Source: a virus. Taken from it: a stretch of DNA of 48,086 nucleotides. Positions 38,455-45,586 of the stretch are shown here, piece after piece. The stretch spans positions 1 through 48,086 of IMG/VR virus record IMGVR_UViG_3300037761_000162; one strand, written 5' to 3'. The position numbers and the translations under genes are program-made. The notes beneath the pieces are model-generated. The model had not been told where the DNA came from, ran no database searches, and was given only the letters and a program-made list of their open reading frames with translations. Each line of letters begins with the position of its first letter. The first letter of the stretch is position 1.

Positions 38455-38807
38455 TGAGTACCGGACCGGACGAGGACAGCGACCTGCACACCGGCATTCA
38501 CGTCTGCTCGGTGCTACGTAGCGCTGGCTATCCGGAGCTGGCGACGTGGGTAGCCGCCCGTGGTCCCGCCCCGACCGAGTATGCGCTTCCGGTGGAACCG
38601 CCGCCGGAAGTCATCGAGCTGCAAGACAAGTTCGGCAGCCGGTGGGAGCGGGAAGACAACATTTGGTACGACGTTGAGCGGCGCATGAATCCGCGTACGT
38701 GGCCAGAGTTGCTGGCACGCGGCCCACTGACACCACCCGAGCCCGATTCGCTGCGCCAACGTGGTACCGGAGTCGCAAACGCAAACCTGGGGGCACTGGT
38801 GTCATGA
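38451..38807 (+). CDS. hypothetical protein (118 aa)
   Basis: ATGA-type overlap with the upstream stop. Confidence 0.55.
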   Translation: MMSTGPDEDSDLHTGIHVCSVLRSAGYPELATWVAARGPAPTEYALPVEPPPEVIELQDKFGSRWEREDNIWYDVERRMNPRTWPELLARGPLTPPEPDSLRQRGTGVANANLGALVS

Positions 38808-39142
38808 CCAGAAAACAGCGCGGTATGCGAACACAAGCGCTCATGGCCAGGCGATGGCACACAAGTGGCATGTTTCCCGGTTGCACGGATGCCGGCGCCG
38901 GCCGTCCCGGCAAAGACCTACTCAACACCCCCGGTCTTACCGTCGAGGTCAAAGCCAAGGGGGAAGTCAGTCTCGTTGCGATGCTTCGCAAGGCGAAGCG
39001 TGATGGCGAGCTGGGCGATATGCCGGCTGTGATTTGGCGGCACAACGGCCAAGGTGAGAAGACGATTGACCAATGGACTCTGACACTGTTCGTCAGGGAC
39101 TTCGAGGAGTTGTGGAGGAAAGCGCATGCCTATGTATCGTAA
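38804..39142 (+). CDS. PD-(D/E)XK nuclease, Holliday-junction-resolvase-like (112 aa)
   Basis: ATG at 38804 in an ATGA overlap. GKDLLNTPGLTVEVKAKG gives a D..ExK signature. Confidence 0.5.
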   Translation: MTRKQRGMRTQALMARRWHTSGMFPGCTDAGAGRPGKDLLNTPGLTVEVKAKGEVSLVAMLRKAKRDGELGDMPAVIWRHNGQGEKTIDQWTLTLFVRDFEELWRKAHAYVS

Positions 39143-39497
39143 AAAGGGAACGGTCGAGGCTATTCAGTGGGACGAGACGAACTACCGCCAAGTCGAGGAG
39201 TTTGTAGGTAAGAAGTACACGGTATACCTGCATCCGGACAATGATGAACTATGCATTTACCGGGCTACCGAAAACGACTCGTTCCGGTGTTCAGGTGGCG
39301 ATTGGGTTGTTCGCTCCACTACTGGTCCGACTGAGCGTTTCTACCGCATGTCCAATGCCACCTTCCGCGGCGTGTACGAGCCTACCCTGCCGGCCGCTGG
39401 CCTGGACGGCCTGATCATGGGCCTCCATTCGATAGCGAAGAGGGCCAATTCGATGCTACTAGATGTCCGTGAGAACGAGAACGGAGAGAGCAAGTGA
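39126..39497 (+). CDS. hypothetical protein (123 aa)
   Basis: Overlaps the upstream gene by 17 nt. No motif. Confidence 0.55.
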   Translation: MPMYRKKGTVEAIQWDETNYRQVEEFVGKKYTVYLHPDNDELCIYRATENDSFRCSGGDWVVRSTTGPTERFYRMSNATFRGVYEPTLPAAGLDGLIMGLHSIAKRANSMLLDVRENENGESK

Positions 39498-39946
39498 TCC
39501 CACAAACAGGTGACACAGTCGAGGTCCGGTACGCCGGCGAATACTCACACCGGGGAGGACACAAGACGACCGCGACCACCGCGGCTGGGTGGCACATGAC
39601 CCTCGTGGGCGGCAAGGTGGCAGCAGCCCCGCCGAATGCCACGATCACCGTACTCCATCCGTACGAGCCCCCGGAGCCACCCCCCCGGAGCATCGTCCGC
39701 GACCGGGTGACTGGGGCTACGTGGATGCGCGTCGGCCCCGAAGACGAGTTTGGCCCGTTGGCGGGGGTGCCATACGCCATGGGGACGGCACGCTGGGCGT
39801 CCATTGACGCGCCGCACCTGACCTACGCCAAGTGGCGCAGCATGGTGGCTGCCACCAACCGGGGCTCCGACCTGGAGGTGTACCTGCCGTCTGCTTGCTG
39901 GACGAACTCGGCGGCACGGAGGCACGCCGGCGAGGCGGTTGGGTGA
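39494..39946 (+). CDS. hypothetical protein (150 aa)
   Basis: GTG in a GTGA overlap. Confidence 0.5.
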   Translation: MIPQTGDTVEVRYAGEYSHRGGHKTTATTAAGWHMTLVGGKVAAAPPNATITVLHPYEPPEPPPRSIVRDRVTGATWMRVGPEDEFGPLAGVPYAMGTARWASIDAPHLTYAKWRSMVAATNRGSDLEVYLPSACWTNSAARRHAGEAVG

Positions 39947-40317
39947 GGTTCGACATGGGGGCGGTCCTGGTCCACTACGGGGCCGCCCCATCCTCGCCGC
40001 GAATGGGATGGACCCCGATCCGGTGTCCTTTCCACGAAGACCGTCACGCATCAGCCGCATACCATCCCGGCGAAGGTCGTTTCCACTGCTTTGTATGTGG
40101 CATCCATGAGGATGCGGTTGGCCTGATAATGGAGCGCGAACATGTTGACTTTAAAACTGCTGTCACGGAGGCAGAGCGAATTACTGGCCAGAGCGCAGAG
40201 CCTTTACGCGAGCAGTCTGACCTTGGCGGCTGGTTTCCTCAACGCCCGCGGAATCACTTTGGAGGTGGCTGCGAAGTGGGGAATTGGCGTGGTGCAATCA
40301 CCGGTTCTTTCGCATGA
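39943..40317 (+). CDS. DnaG-type primase, zinc-finger part
   Basis: CPFHEDRHASAAY..FHCFVCGIHEDAVG is a CHC2 zinc finger. Start is GTG 39943 (GTGA overlap) or ATG 39955. The sequence stops looking primase-like after about 40200. Confidence 0.75.
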   Translation: MRFDMGAVLVHYGAAPSSPRMGWTPIRCPFHEDRHASAAYHPGEGRFHCFVCGIHEDAVGLIMEREHVDFKTAVTEAERITGQSAEPLREQSDLGGWFPQRPRNHFGGGCEVGNWRGAITGSFA

Positions 40318-40786
40318 GCGGTTTGCCGGGCGGCTGGTTGTGCCGTATTGGAACCGGGCGGGTGTTGTGGCGCTCAAGTTTCGGTGCTTGGAGCCTCACA
40401 CCTGCACCGACCACCCGAAATATGACCAGCCAACAGGTCAGCAGCACCGATTGTTCAACGTCCTCGCGTTAGAGGAGCCCAGTCGCACAATCCACGTGAC
40501 CGAGGGCGAGCTTGACGCGGTTGTCCTGTCCGAGCTGCTTTCTGAACCCGTGGTGGGCGTCCCATCGGCCACTTCTTGGCAACCGCACTGGCCATATCAC
40601 TTTCACGATTTCGACCGCATTGTTGTGTGGGCAGATGGGGACCAGGCAGGACGAAAGATGGGCGCCTCATGGGCAAACAAGGTAAGCGCAGAAGTGGTCG
40701 AACTACCAGACGGTCACGACGTTAACAGCCACTACGTTGCCAACGGCGCGAACTCAGTACGTCAGCTTTACCGGGAGGAATCGTGA
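40142..40786 (+). CDS. DnaG-type primase, TOPRIM part (214 aa)
   Basis: FLNARGITLEVAAKWGIG linker. TOPRIM motifs IHVTEGELDAV and VVWADGDQAGRKM. It is in the +1 frame relative to the zinc-finger ORF, with a 176-nt overlap. Confidence 0.75.
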   Translation: MLTLKLLSRRQSELLARAQSLYASSLTLAAGFLNARGITLEVAAKWGIGVVQSPVLSHERFAGRLVVPYWNRAGVVALKFRCLEPHTCTDHPKYDQPTGQQHRLFNVLALEEPSRTIHVTEGELDAVVLSELLSEPVVGVPSATSWQPHWPYHFHDFDRIVVWADGDQAGRKMGASWANKVSAEVVELPDGHDVNSHYVANGANSVRQLYREES

Positions 40787-41184
40787 CGCGCTTAGCGGAG
40801 GTGGAAAGCGACCAGGACACCGCCCACCGCGACGCGTTCGAACGCCATCTCGACCAACACCAGTGCGGCACCGGCGACTATAAGAGCCCGCACTACATTG
40901 GCGGATTCATAAAATGTCCCGAAGCTATGAGTCTCTGGAAACTTCTGCCCGACGACGACCAGATCATACTGGCCCTTAGGGGGACTGGACCTGTCGTCGA
41001 TGAACACACAAAAGGAGGAGGAGAGGCTGTGATTACCAAGGATTACGGTTGGGTAATAGTCAACGACCCAATCCCCGGACAGGGCTACGAGGACGACGAA
41101 GATGAATGGGCAAACCTTTTTGAACGTGACGACCGGACGGACGTGTACGACCTGTTCGGGAGGCTGCGCGATGAACGTGTATAA
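40783..41184 (+). CDS. acidic hypothetical protein (133 aa)
   Basis: GTG in a GTGA overlap. Confidence 0.5.
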   Translation: MTRLAEVESDQDTAHRDAFERHLDQHQCGTGDYKSPHYIGGFIKCPEAMSLWKLLPDDDQIILALRGTGPVVDEHTKGGGEAVITKDYGWVIVNDPIPGQGYEDDEDEWANLFERDDRTDVYDLFGRLRDERV

Positions 41185-41386
41185 CGACCAATACGGTTTT
41201 CGGTGGGGACTGATCAAGGTTGAACGGACTGGTGCGATCGAACGTCGGAAAGGGGCAGGTAAACATCGCACACTCACTGTCATAATCGGTAAGCCGGGTG
41301 AGGTCCCCTATCACGAAGTAGACATCCACGTTTCTCCCACCGGCCGTAGCGTTCGCATATACCTCGACCACCGGGAGCTGACATGA
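41171..41386 (+). CDS. hypothetical protein (71 aa)
   Basis: ATG at 41171, overlapping the upstream gene by 14 nt. Confidence 0.5.
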   Translation: MNVYNDQYGFRWGLIKVERTGAIERRKGAGKHRTLTVIIGKPGEVPYHEVDIHVSPTGRSVRIYLDHRELT

Positions 41387-41715
41387 CCCAGGTCGAGATT
41401 GAGCAACGGAAGGCTAGGGCTGTCGCGGCTGGTTACGATCCCGACGACGAGTTCTTTTACTCCTTGTACCAGATCGAAAAGCTGTTGCCATATGCCCTGG
41501 ACCCACAAGCGACACCGCCACCCACACTCGCCGATACGCTAATGATTAACCGGCGGCATGCGGGTAAGGCGGAGGGTTACGGCGGGTGGGAGGCTGCCAT
41601 TGCAGACATTCGTAAAGCGATCCAGCAAACCGGAAGTGTCAACCCGCGGGCAATACAGCATTTTCTAGGGGGTGCGAACCCGTATGCTAAAGCTGGCGAT
41701 AGTAGGCAGTCATAA
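41383..41715 (+). CDS. hypothetical protein (110 aa)
   Basis: ATGA overlap. Confidence 0.5.
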   Translation: MTQVEIEQRKARAVAAGYDPDDEFFYSLYQIEKLLPYALDPQATPPPTLADTLMINRRHAGKAEGYGGWEAAIADIRKAIQQTGSVNPRAIQHFLGGANPYAKAGDSRQS

Positions 41716-42073
41716 GCTCACCGCAGAACAAACAGCTACCGCGGTAATCCTGGTAAATGGCATTATCTCAGTCTATCGTGAATCGCTTATGGGTGCCGAT
41801 CTTAGCCCATTAACTATCGTATCCGGCGGAGCTAGCGGAGTTGACACCATAGCTGAACACATCGCCGTCCAGCTTGGCTTGTCAACGGAAATCTACCACC
41901 CTGCCCATCCGCAATGGGAGCCGAAAGGCTACAAGGACCGCAACGTCCGAATAGCAGAATCGTGTGATGAACTCTGGTGTATCCGGGCGCGCGATACCAC
42001 CACGGGCGGCTCGCAGTTTACGGCCAACCATGCTCGTGCGCTCGGGAAAACGGTGCACCAGTGTTGGATTTAA
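41684..42073 (+). CDS. DUF2493 / YspA-type SLOG-domain protein (129 aa)
   Basis: KLAIVGSH..TIVSGGASGVDTIAEHIA..DRNVRIAE..GGSQFTANHARALGKTV matches the GGxxGxD..RN..G SLOG pattern. AT-richer than its flanks by eye. ATG at 41684 or GTG at 41672. Confidence 0.65.
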   Translation: MLKLAIVGSHKLTAEQTATAVILVNGIISVYRESLMGADLSPLTIVSGGASGVDTIAEHIAVQLGLSTEIYHPAHPQWEPKGYKDRNVRIAESCDELWCIRARDTTTGGSQFTANHARALGKTVHQCWI

Positions 42074-42089
42074 GAAAGGAGATAGGTAA

Positions 42090-42227
42090 ATGAGAGACTA
42101 TCGTGGCGCTAAGTGTCGGAGGTGTGGCCTGCCACCCGCGGAGCATAAGCCGAGGCCGCTTCCTTGGCGGGACGAGAAAGGCAGCGAGGTTCCGGTGCAC
42201 GGTTTTGACCTGGCAACAAACAACTGA
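42090..42227 (+). CDS. small CxxC peptide (45 aa), below the ORF-track cutoff
   Basis: Hand translation: MRDYRGAKCRRCGLPPAEHKPRPLPWRDEKGSEVPVHGFDLATNN. AAAGGAGA RBS at 42075-42082. Confidence 0.45.
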   Translation: MRDYRGAKCRRCGLPPAEHKPRPLPWRDEKGSEVPVHGFDLATNN

Positions 42228-42258
42228 TACCATCACAAGCGGAAGGTGGTCAATAGGG

Positions 42259-42711
42259 ATGATCCATCTCACAAGCGGAAACCTGCTTCATGCCGACGTT
42301 GACGCTCTCGTAAACGCCGTTAACACAGTCGGCGTGGCAGGGAAGGGAATCGCGTTACAGTTCCGTTTAGCGTTTCCCGAAAGTCACAAGGCGTATGTTG
42401 CAGCAGCTAAGGCAAGGACGGTGACGCCTGGACAGATGCTGGTAGTTCAAACAGGGGCTGTACCAAAATACATTATCCACTTCCCGACAAAGCGGCATTG
42501 GAAGGACCTAAGTCGGATTGGGGACATTGAGTTGGGGCTCCAGGATCTTGCGCAGGTAATCGCACAGTACGCGATTCGCTCTATTGCGGTGCCGGCGCTA
42601 GGTTGCGGCAATGGGGGACTTGAGTGGTCGCAGGTCCGGCCGCTTGTCGAGAGTGCGCTGGGTTCAGTCGACGCAAAGGTTCTTCTGTTTCAACCGACGG
42701 ACTTAGCATAA
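42259..42711 (+). CDS. stand-alone macrodomain protein, DarG/TARG1-like (150 aa)
   Basis: ATG at 42259 after GGAAGGTGG. Motifs GNLLHADVDALVNAVNTVGVAGKGIALQF, YIIHFPTKRHW and IAVPALGCGNGGLEW. The track ORF N-terminal extension looks non-coding. Confidence 0.8.
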   Translation: MIHLTSGNLLHADVDALVNAVNTVGVAGKGIALQFRLAFPESHKAYVAAAKARTVTPGQMLVVQTGAVPKYIIHFPTKRHWKDLSRIGDIELGLQDLAQVIAQYAIRSIAVPALGCGNGGLEWSQVRPLVESALGSVDAKVLLFQPTDLA

Positions 42712-43047
42712 ATGGAATGTCAGCACTGCGGAAAACCGTTTGACCCGATACGACACCGCTGGCTATGTCCGTGGTGTAAAACTAAAAACACGTGTTGTGA
42801 AGGCACAAAAAAAGGGGGACCACCTCTATGGGTGGTCCCCCTTTTGACTTCATACTCTCTCGGCCGCGACAAGAGTAGCTCGCCGGGCGTAATCCGCCAT
42901 ACTCAGGCCAGCTTGGCTAGCCGCACGCTGGATGGCGGCGGCCTCCTCGACATTGAGCCTCATCTCCAACCGTCGAGCGCCTCGGATATCACCTTGCGGT
43001 GGCCGCCCACTGTTAGCGGACAACCACTCCAAAACCGCCATTCGTAG
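42712..43047 (+). CDS. zinc-ribbon ORF that reads through the terminator (doubtful beyond about 30 aa)
   Basis: ATG directly after the macrodomain stop. MECQHCGKPFDPIRHRWLCPWCK has two CxxC pairs. The frame has no stop before 43047, so it crosses terminator 42807-42845 and overlaps the convergent gene. Confidence 0.25.
   Translation: MECQHCGKPFDPIRHRWLCPWCKTKNTCCEGTKKGGPPLWVVPLLTSYSLGRDKSSSPGVIRHTQASLASRTLDGGGLLDIEPHLQPSSASDITLRWPPTVSGQPLQNRHS
42807..42845. terminator. Bidirectional rho-independent terminator between convergent operons
   Basis: AAAAAAA-GGGGGACCACC-tctatg-GGTGGTCCCCC-TTTT: a perfect 11-bp GC stem with an A tract on one side and a T tract on the other. Confidence 0.85.
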
Positions 43048-43236
43048 CTGGACGTTAACGCGGTGAGTCCGGGAGTCCCGAACCCAGACGCAAATGCGAC
43101 GAAAGTGCCTCCGGCACTCTGTCGAGTGCATTTTCCCGCTTGCGATGAGAAGTGCCCACTGGCGCTCCCGGCTTCCCGCCGGCAAGGCCGGCGCAAGCTT
43201 AGCCGCCAGGTCTCTGATTTCGCTCACGTCGGTCAT
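42850..43236 (-). CDS. ribbon-helix-helix (CopG/MobC-like) domain protein (128 aa)
   Basis: C-terminal RLEMRLNVEEAAAIQRAASQAGLSMADYARRATL. ATG in an ATGA overlap with the upstream stop. GAGAGGAGAG RBS. Confidence 0.55.
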   Translation of the reverse strand: MTDVSEIRDLAAKLAPALPAGSRERQWALLIASGKMHSTECRRHFRRICVWVRDSRTHRVNVQLRMAVLEWLSANSGRPPQGDIRGARRLEMRLNVEEAAAIQRAASQAGLSMADYARRATLVAAERV

Positions 43237-43598
43237 TGCTCTCCTCTCACGTACGCAAGGGCCACTTCTTCCGGAATGCGCCCCTTACCGTGCGGTCCGG
43301 GCTCGGGTAGGCCGAGCGCTTGCCACCTAGCCTCCCACCAACTGCGCAAGCGCTTAGTGTTGCCTGGCCTGCGCGTCTCCCGCAGGCCAATAAGCTCCGT
43401 GACGATGCGAGCGGGTACCCGAGCAACCCCAACGTTCCGGATAAACGGCTGGATCGCCTTTCGGAACGCAACGTAGCTTGCGGGGGACAAGTCCACTAAA
43501 TAGCGGCGGCTATTGACGACCAGCAATAGCTGCCTGCCGTCGTTCACCTCCGTTAACGTGTAATCGTCGATTACGCGTTCACTTACTGTTACAGCCAT
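43233..43598 (-). CDS. Lsr2-like protein, paralogue 2 (121 aa)
   Basis: N-terminus VTVSERVIDDYTL..YLVDLSPASYVAFRKAIQPFI parallels the Lsr2 dimerisation domain. C-terminus LRSWWEARWQALGLP..GKGRIPEEVALAY parallels the RGR DNA-binding motif. GGGGAGGTG RBS. Confidence 0.6.
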   Translation of the reverse strand: MAVTVSERVIDDYTLTEVNDGRQLLLVVNSRRYLVDLSPASYVAFRKAIQPFIRNVGVARVPARIVTELIGLRETRRPGNTKRLRSWWEARWQALGLPEPGPHGKGRIPEEVALAYVRGEQ

Positions 43599-43677
43599 TT
43601 TCTTACACCTCCCCTCTGACCGGCCTTAGCGGCGGATGGGCGGTCAAACCCATCCACCACTAGGACCGGTCAAGCGG

Positions 43678-44298
43678 TCAACTCGTCGCCGGCAAGAGCG
43701 TCGGGTCTTGGGCGTCGAACGCGGCTACAACCCGAGGATTGAGCCGCCCCTTGGCAGGCACCACGAAGCCGTGCAGCTTGCACCACCGGGTCACCTGCTC
43801 CCGGTAGTCGCGACGCTGGGCCGCTGTGAGCCGCTGTGAGCTAGCCTTAGCCGACCGTGCGGTCACGTCCGTTTGCGGCTCAGCGGCCTTCTGAGGGGCA
43901 TTCCCGGGGGTTGCTGAGCCAACCTCCGCGTGGTACGCCGAGATGATGGCCGGGGGGATGCGCCCCCGGTCAGCCACCTGCATACGCTTGCCGCGAGCCC
44001 ACTCCCGGATCGCCCTGTTTTCCGCCCGGCTTTCCGCCCGGTTCGCAGCCTGGCTAGGCGTACGCCCTGGCCCGGTGTGCCCGTTGGGCCTGGTGGACGA
44101 CTGGCGCCGACGTGCGCCGGTGCCACCAGAGTCCCGGCGGCCGGCTACGATGTAGTCAGCCAGCTCGGCCCGCAGAGCCGTAGCGTTCGCCGCAGAAAGG
44201 TCGATCTCGTACTGCACGCCGTCCAGCGAAAACCTCACGGTTTCCGCGGCCTCCGTGCCATCGAGGTCGTCCAACATGCGGACGATTGTCTCGCGCAT
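43678..44298 (-). CDS. lsr2: Lsr2-like nucleoid-associated protein with duplicated DNA-binding domain (206 aa)
   Basis: ATG at 44298 after GAAGGAGG. IVRMLDDLDGTEAAETVRFSLDGVQYEIDLSAANATALRAELADYIVAGRR is the Lsr2 N-domain. AIREWARGKRMQVADRGRIPPAIISAYH is DNA-binding domain 1. VTRWCKLHGFVVPAKGRLNPRVVAAFD is DNA-binding domain 2. Confidence 0.85.
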   Translation of the reverse strand: MRETIVRMLDDLDGTEAAETVRFSLDGVQYEIDLSAANATALRAELADYIVAGRRDSGGTGARRRQSSTRPNGHTGPGRTPSQAANRAESRAENRAIREWARGKRMQVADRGRIPPAIISAYHAEVGSATPGNAPQKAAEPQTDVTARSAKASSQRLTAAQRRDYREQVTRWCKLHGFVVPAKGRLNPRVVAAFDAQDPTLLPATS

Positions 44299-44380
44299 TT
44301 CCTCTACCTCCTTCAAGGCCAGCCGATCTGACTGGTCATAGCGACACACCCGTAATGAAGGGGTGCACCACTAGAACCGT

Positions 44381-44557
44381 TCAGGTGGACTCGGACTGCT
44401 CCGGTAGGATGTACTGCCCCGGGTGTCGCTGCTGCATAAGCCGGATTGCATGCAGTAGTTGGGCCTTACGCTCCAGCCTAGTCACGGTGGATAGCCCGAC
44501 ATCCCGCGCATACTGGCGCAGCTCCCTAATCGTCATCTTCTCCAGCGGTTTCGCCAT
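44381..44557 (-). CDS. Rho_N / SAP (HeH)-like small DNA-binding protein (58 aa)
   Basis: ATG at 44557 after AGGAGGAAC. KMTIRELRQYARDVGLSTVTRLERKAQLLHAI. Confidence 0.5.
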   Translation of the reverse strand: MAKPLEKMTIRELRQYARDVGLSTVTRLERKAQLLHAIRLMQQRHPGQYILPEQSEST

Positions 44558-44571
44558 AGTTCCTCCTGTGC

Positions 44572-44775
44572 CTATTCGCTGACCCGAATCCAAGGGCCGG
44601 GTAGCTCAGGACTAGCGGCATCGTAAGTCCGCAACCACCAGGCGTCGCTATGATAGTCGACCTGGCAACTGTCCACCGTAGGACAGTGGATAGCTGGGCT
44701 CGCTGGCGCGTGCGCCAGCCAACCGACCACAGCGCCGGCCGCCACCAGGGCTACGGCAATGACAGTCCTAGGCAT
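44572..44775 (-). CDS. small secreted/membrane protein (67 aa)
   Basis: N-terminal hydrophobic segment VIAVALVAAGAVVGWLA. GAGGAG RBS. Confidence 0.45.
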   Translation of the reverse strand: MPRTVIAVALVAAGAVVGWLAHAPASPAIHCPTVDSCQVDYHSDAWWLRTYDAASPELPGPWIRVSE

Positions 44776-45091
44776 TCATTTTCTCCTCGGATATGACAAT
44801 TGCTTGGATACGCGCCCACTCCTCCGCTGCGGCCACGATATCCTCAGGCTCCCGGACAACCGTAGCGAGGCTGAAACCCAGTTGCTCCAGCCGCCGGGCG
44901 ATTCTCTCACCCAGCTCGGTCAGCTCCAGGCACCCGGTCCAGGTTGCTTGGCGACGGATCAACCCAACGGCCCACAGTGCCGCTACGGTCTCCTCGCCGA
45001 ATTGAGCATTCCAGGTCTCAACATAGCCATACCAGCCAGTACGCCGGTCGCCGTCTATGAGCGCGGAAGCCATTTCACGTGTCAGATACAC
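44768..45091 (-). CDS. hypothetical protein (107 aa), possible winged helix
   Basis: GTG at 45091 lies 4-5 nt after TAGGAGGAAAC. LELTELGERIARRLEQLG is a weak wHTH resemblance. Confidence 0.5.
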   Translation of the reverse strand: MYLTREMASALIDGDRRTGWYGYVETWNAQFGEETVAALWAVGLIRRQATWTGCLELTELGERIARRLEQLGFSLATVVREPEDIVAAAEEWARIQAIVISEEKMNA

Positions 45092-45172
45092 GTTTCCTCC
45101 TAATCTTGACCTTGCAATGGTCGCACCCCCAGCAGTCCGGAGACTGCCAAGGATGCATCCGCTACAAGACCG

Positions 45173-45511
45173 TCACAGCTTCCGCTCCCGCAGCATCGCC
45201 ACCAGTTCCTCTGTCGCCTTGTACGGGTCGCGCGGGTACTGCCCCGGGGGATGCGGGCAGGCCGAGTGCCGGTGCACGGTAACCGGGTTCTCCGGGTCGC
45301 CGGTCGACACGAGGGCGCCTACGGCGTCGCCCGACTCTATGAGCTGCATGCAGGTCGCGCACAGCTTCACCGCGGCCAGGTCGCCGACGCGGTATCCCTG
45401 GTTCTTCTCGGCCTCCATGGCGGAGAAAGGCGTGTGCTTGTGGAACCACGCCAGCGTGTTGTCGGTGACCGCCACTGCGCGGCCATCGCGAAAAACGATC
45501 GACTCTCCCAT
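45173..45511 (-). CDS. hypothetical protein (112 aa)
   Basis: GGAAAGGA RBS. Confidence 0.55.
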   Translation of the reverse strand: MGESIVFRDGRAVAVTDNTLAWFHKHTPFSAMEAEKNQGYRVGDLAAVKLCATCMQLIESGDAVGALVSTGDPENPVTVHRHSACPHPPGQYPRDPYKATEELVAMLRERKL

Positions 45512-45586
45512 TACCGCATCCTTTCCACTTGCCCCCCTAATTGGGCACTGGCAGGCACCCCGTTAGGGATGCCCACCCGAACCCCG

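Noticed and set aside
39545-40060. 171-aa minus-strand ORF over the 39494..39946 and primase start region
   Set aside because: It is an antisense shadow frame with Arg/Pro/Gly-rich composition. The plus-strand genes are chained by GTGA overlaps.
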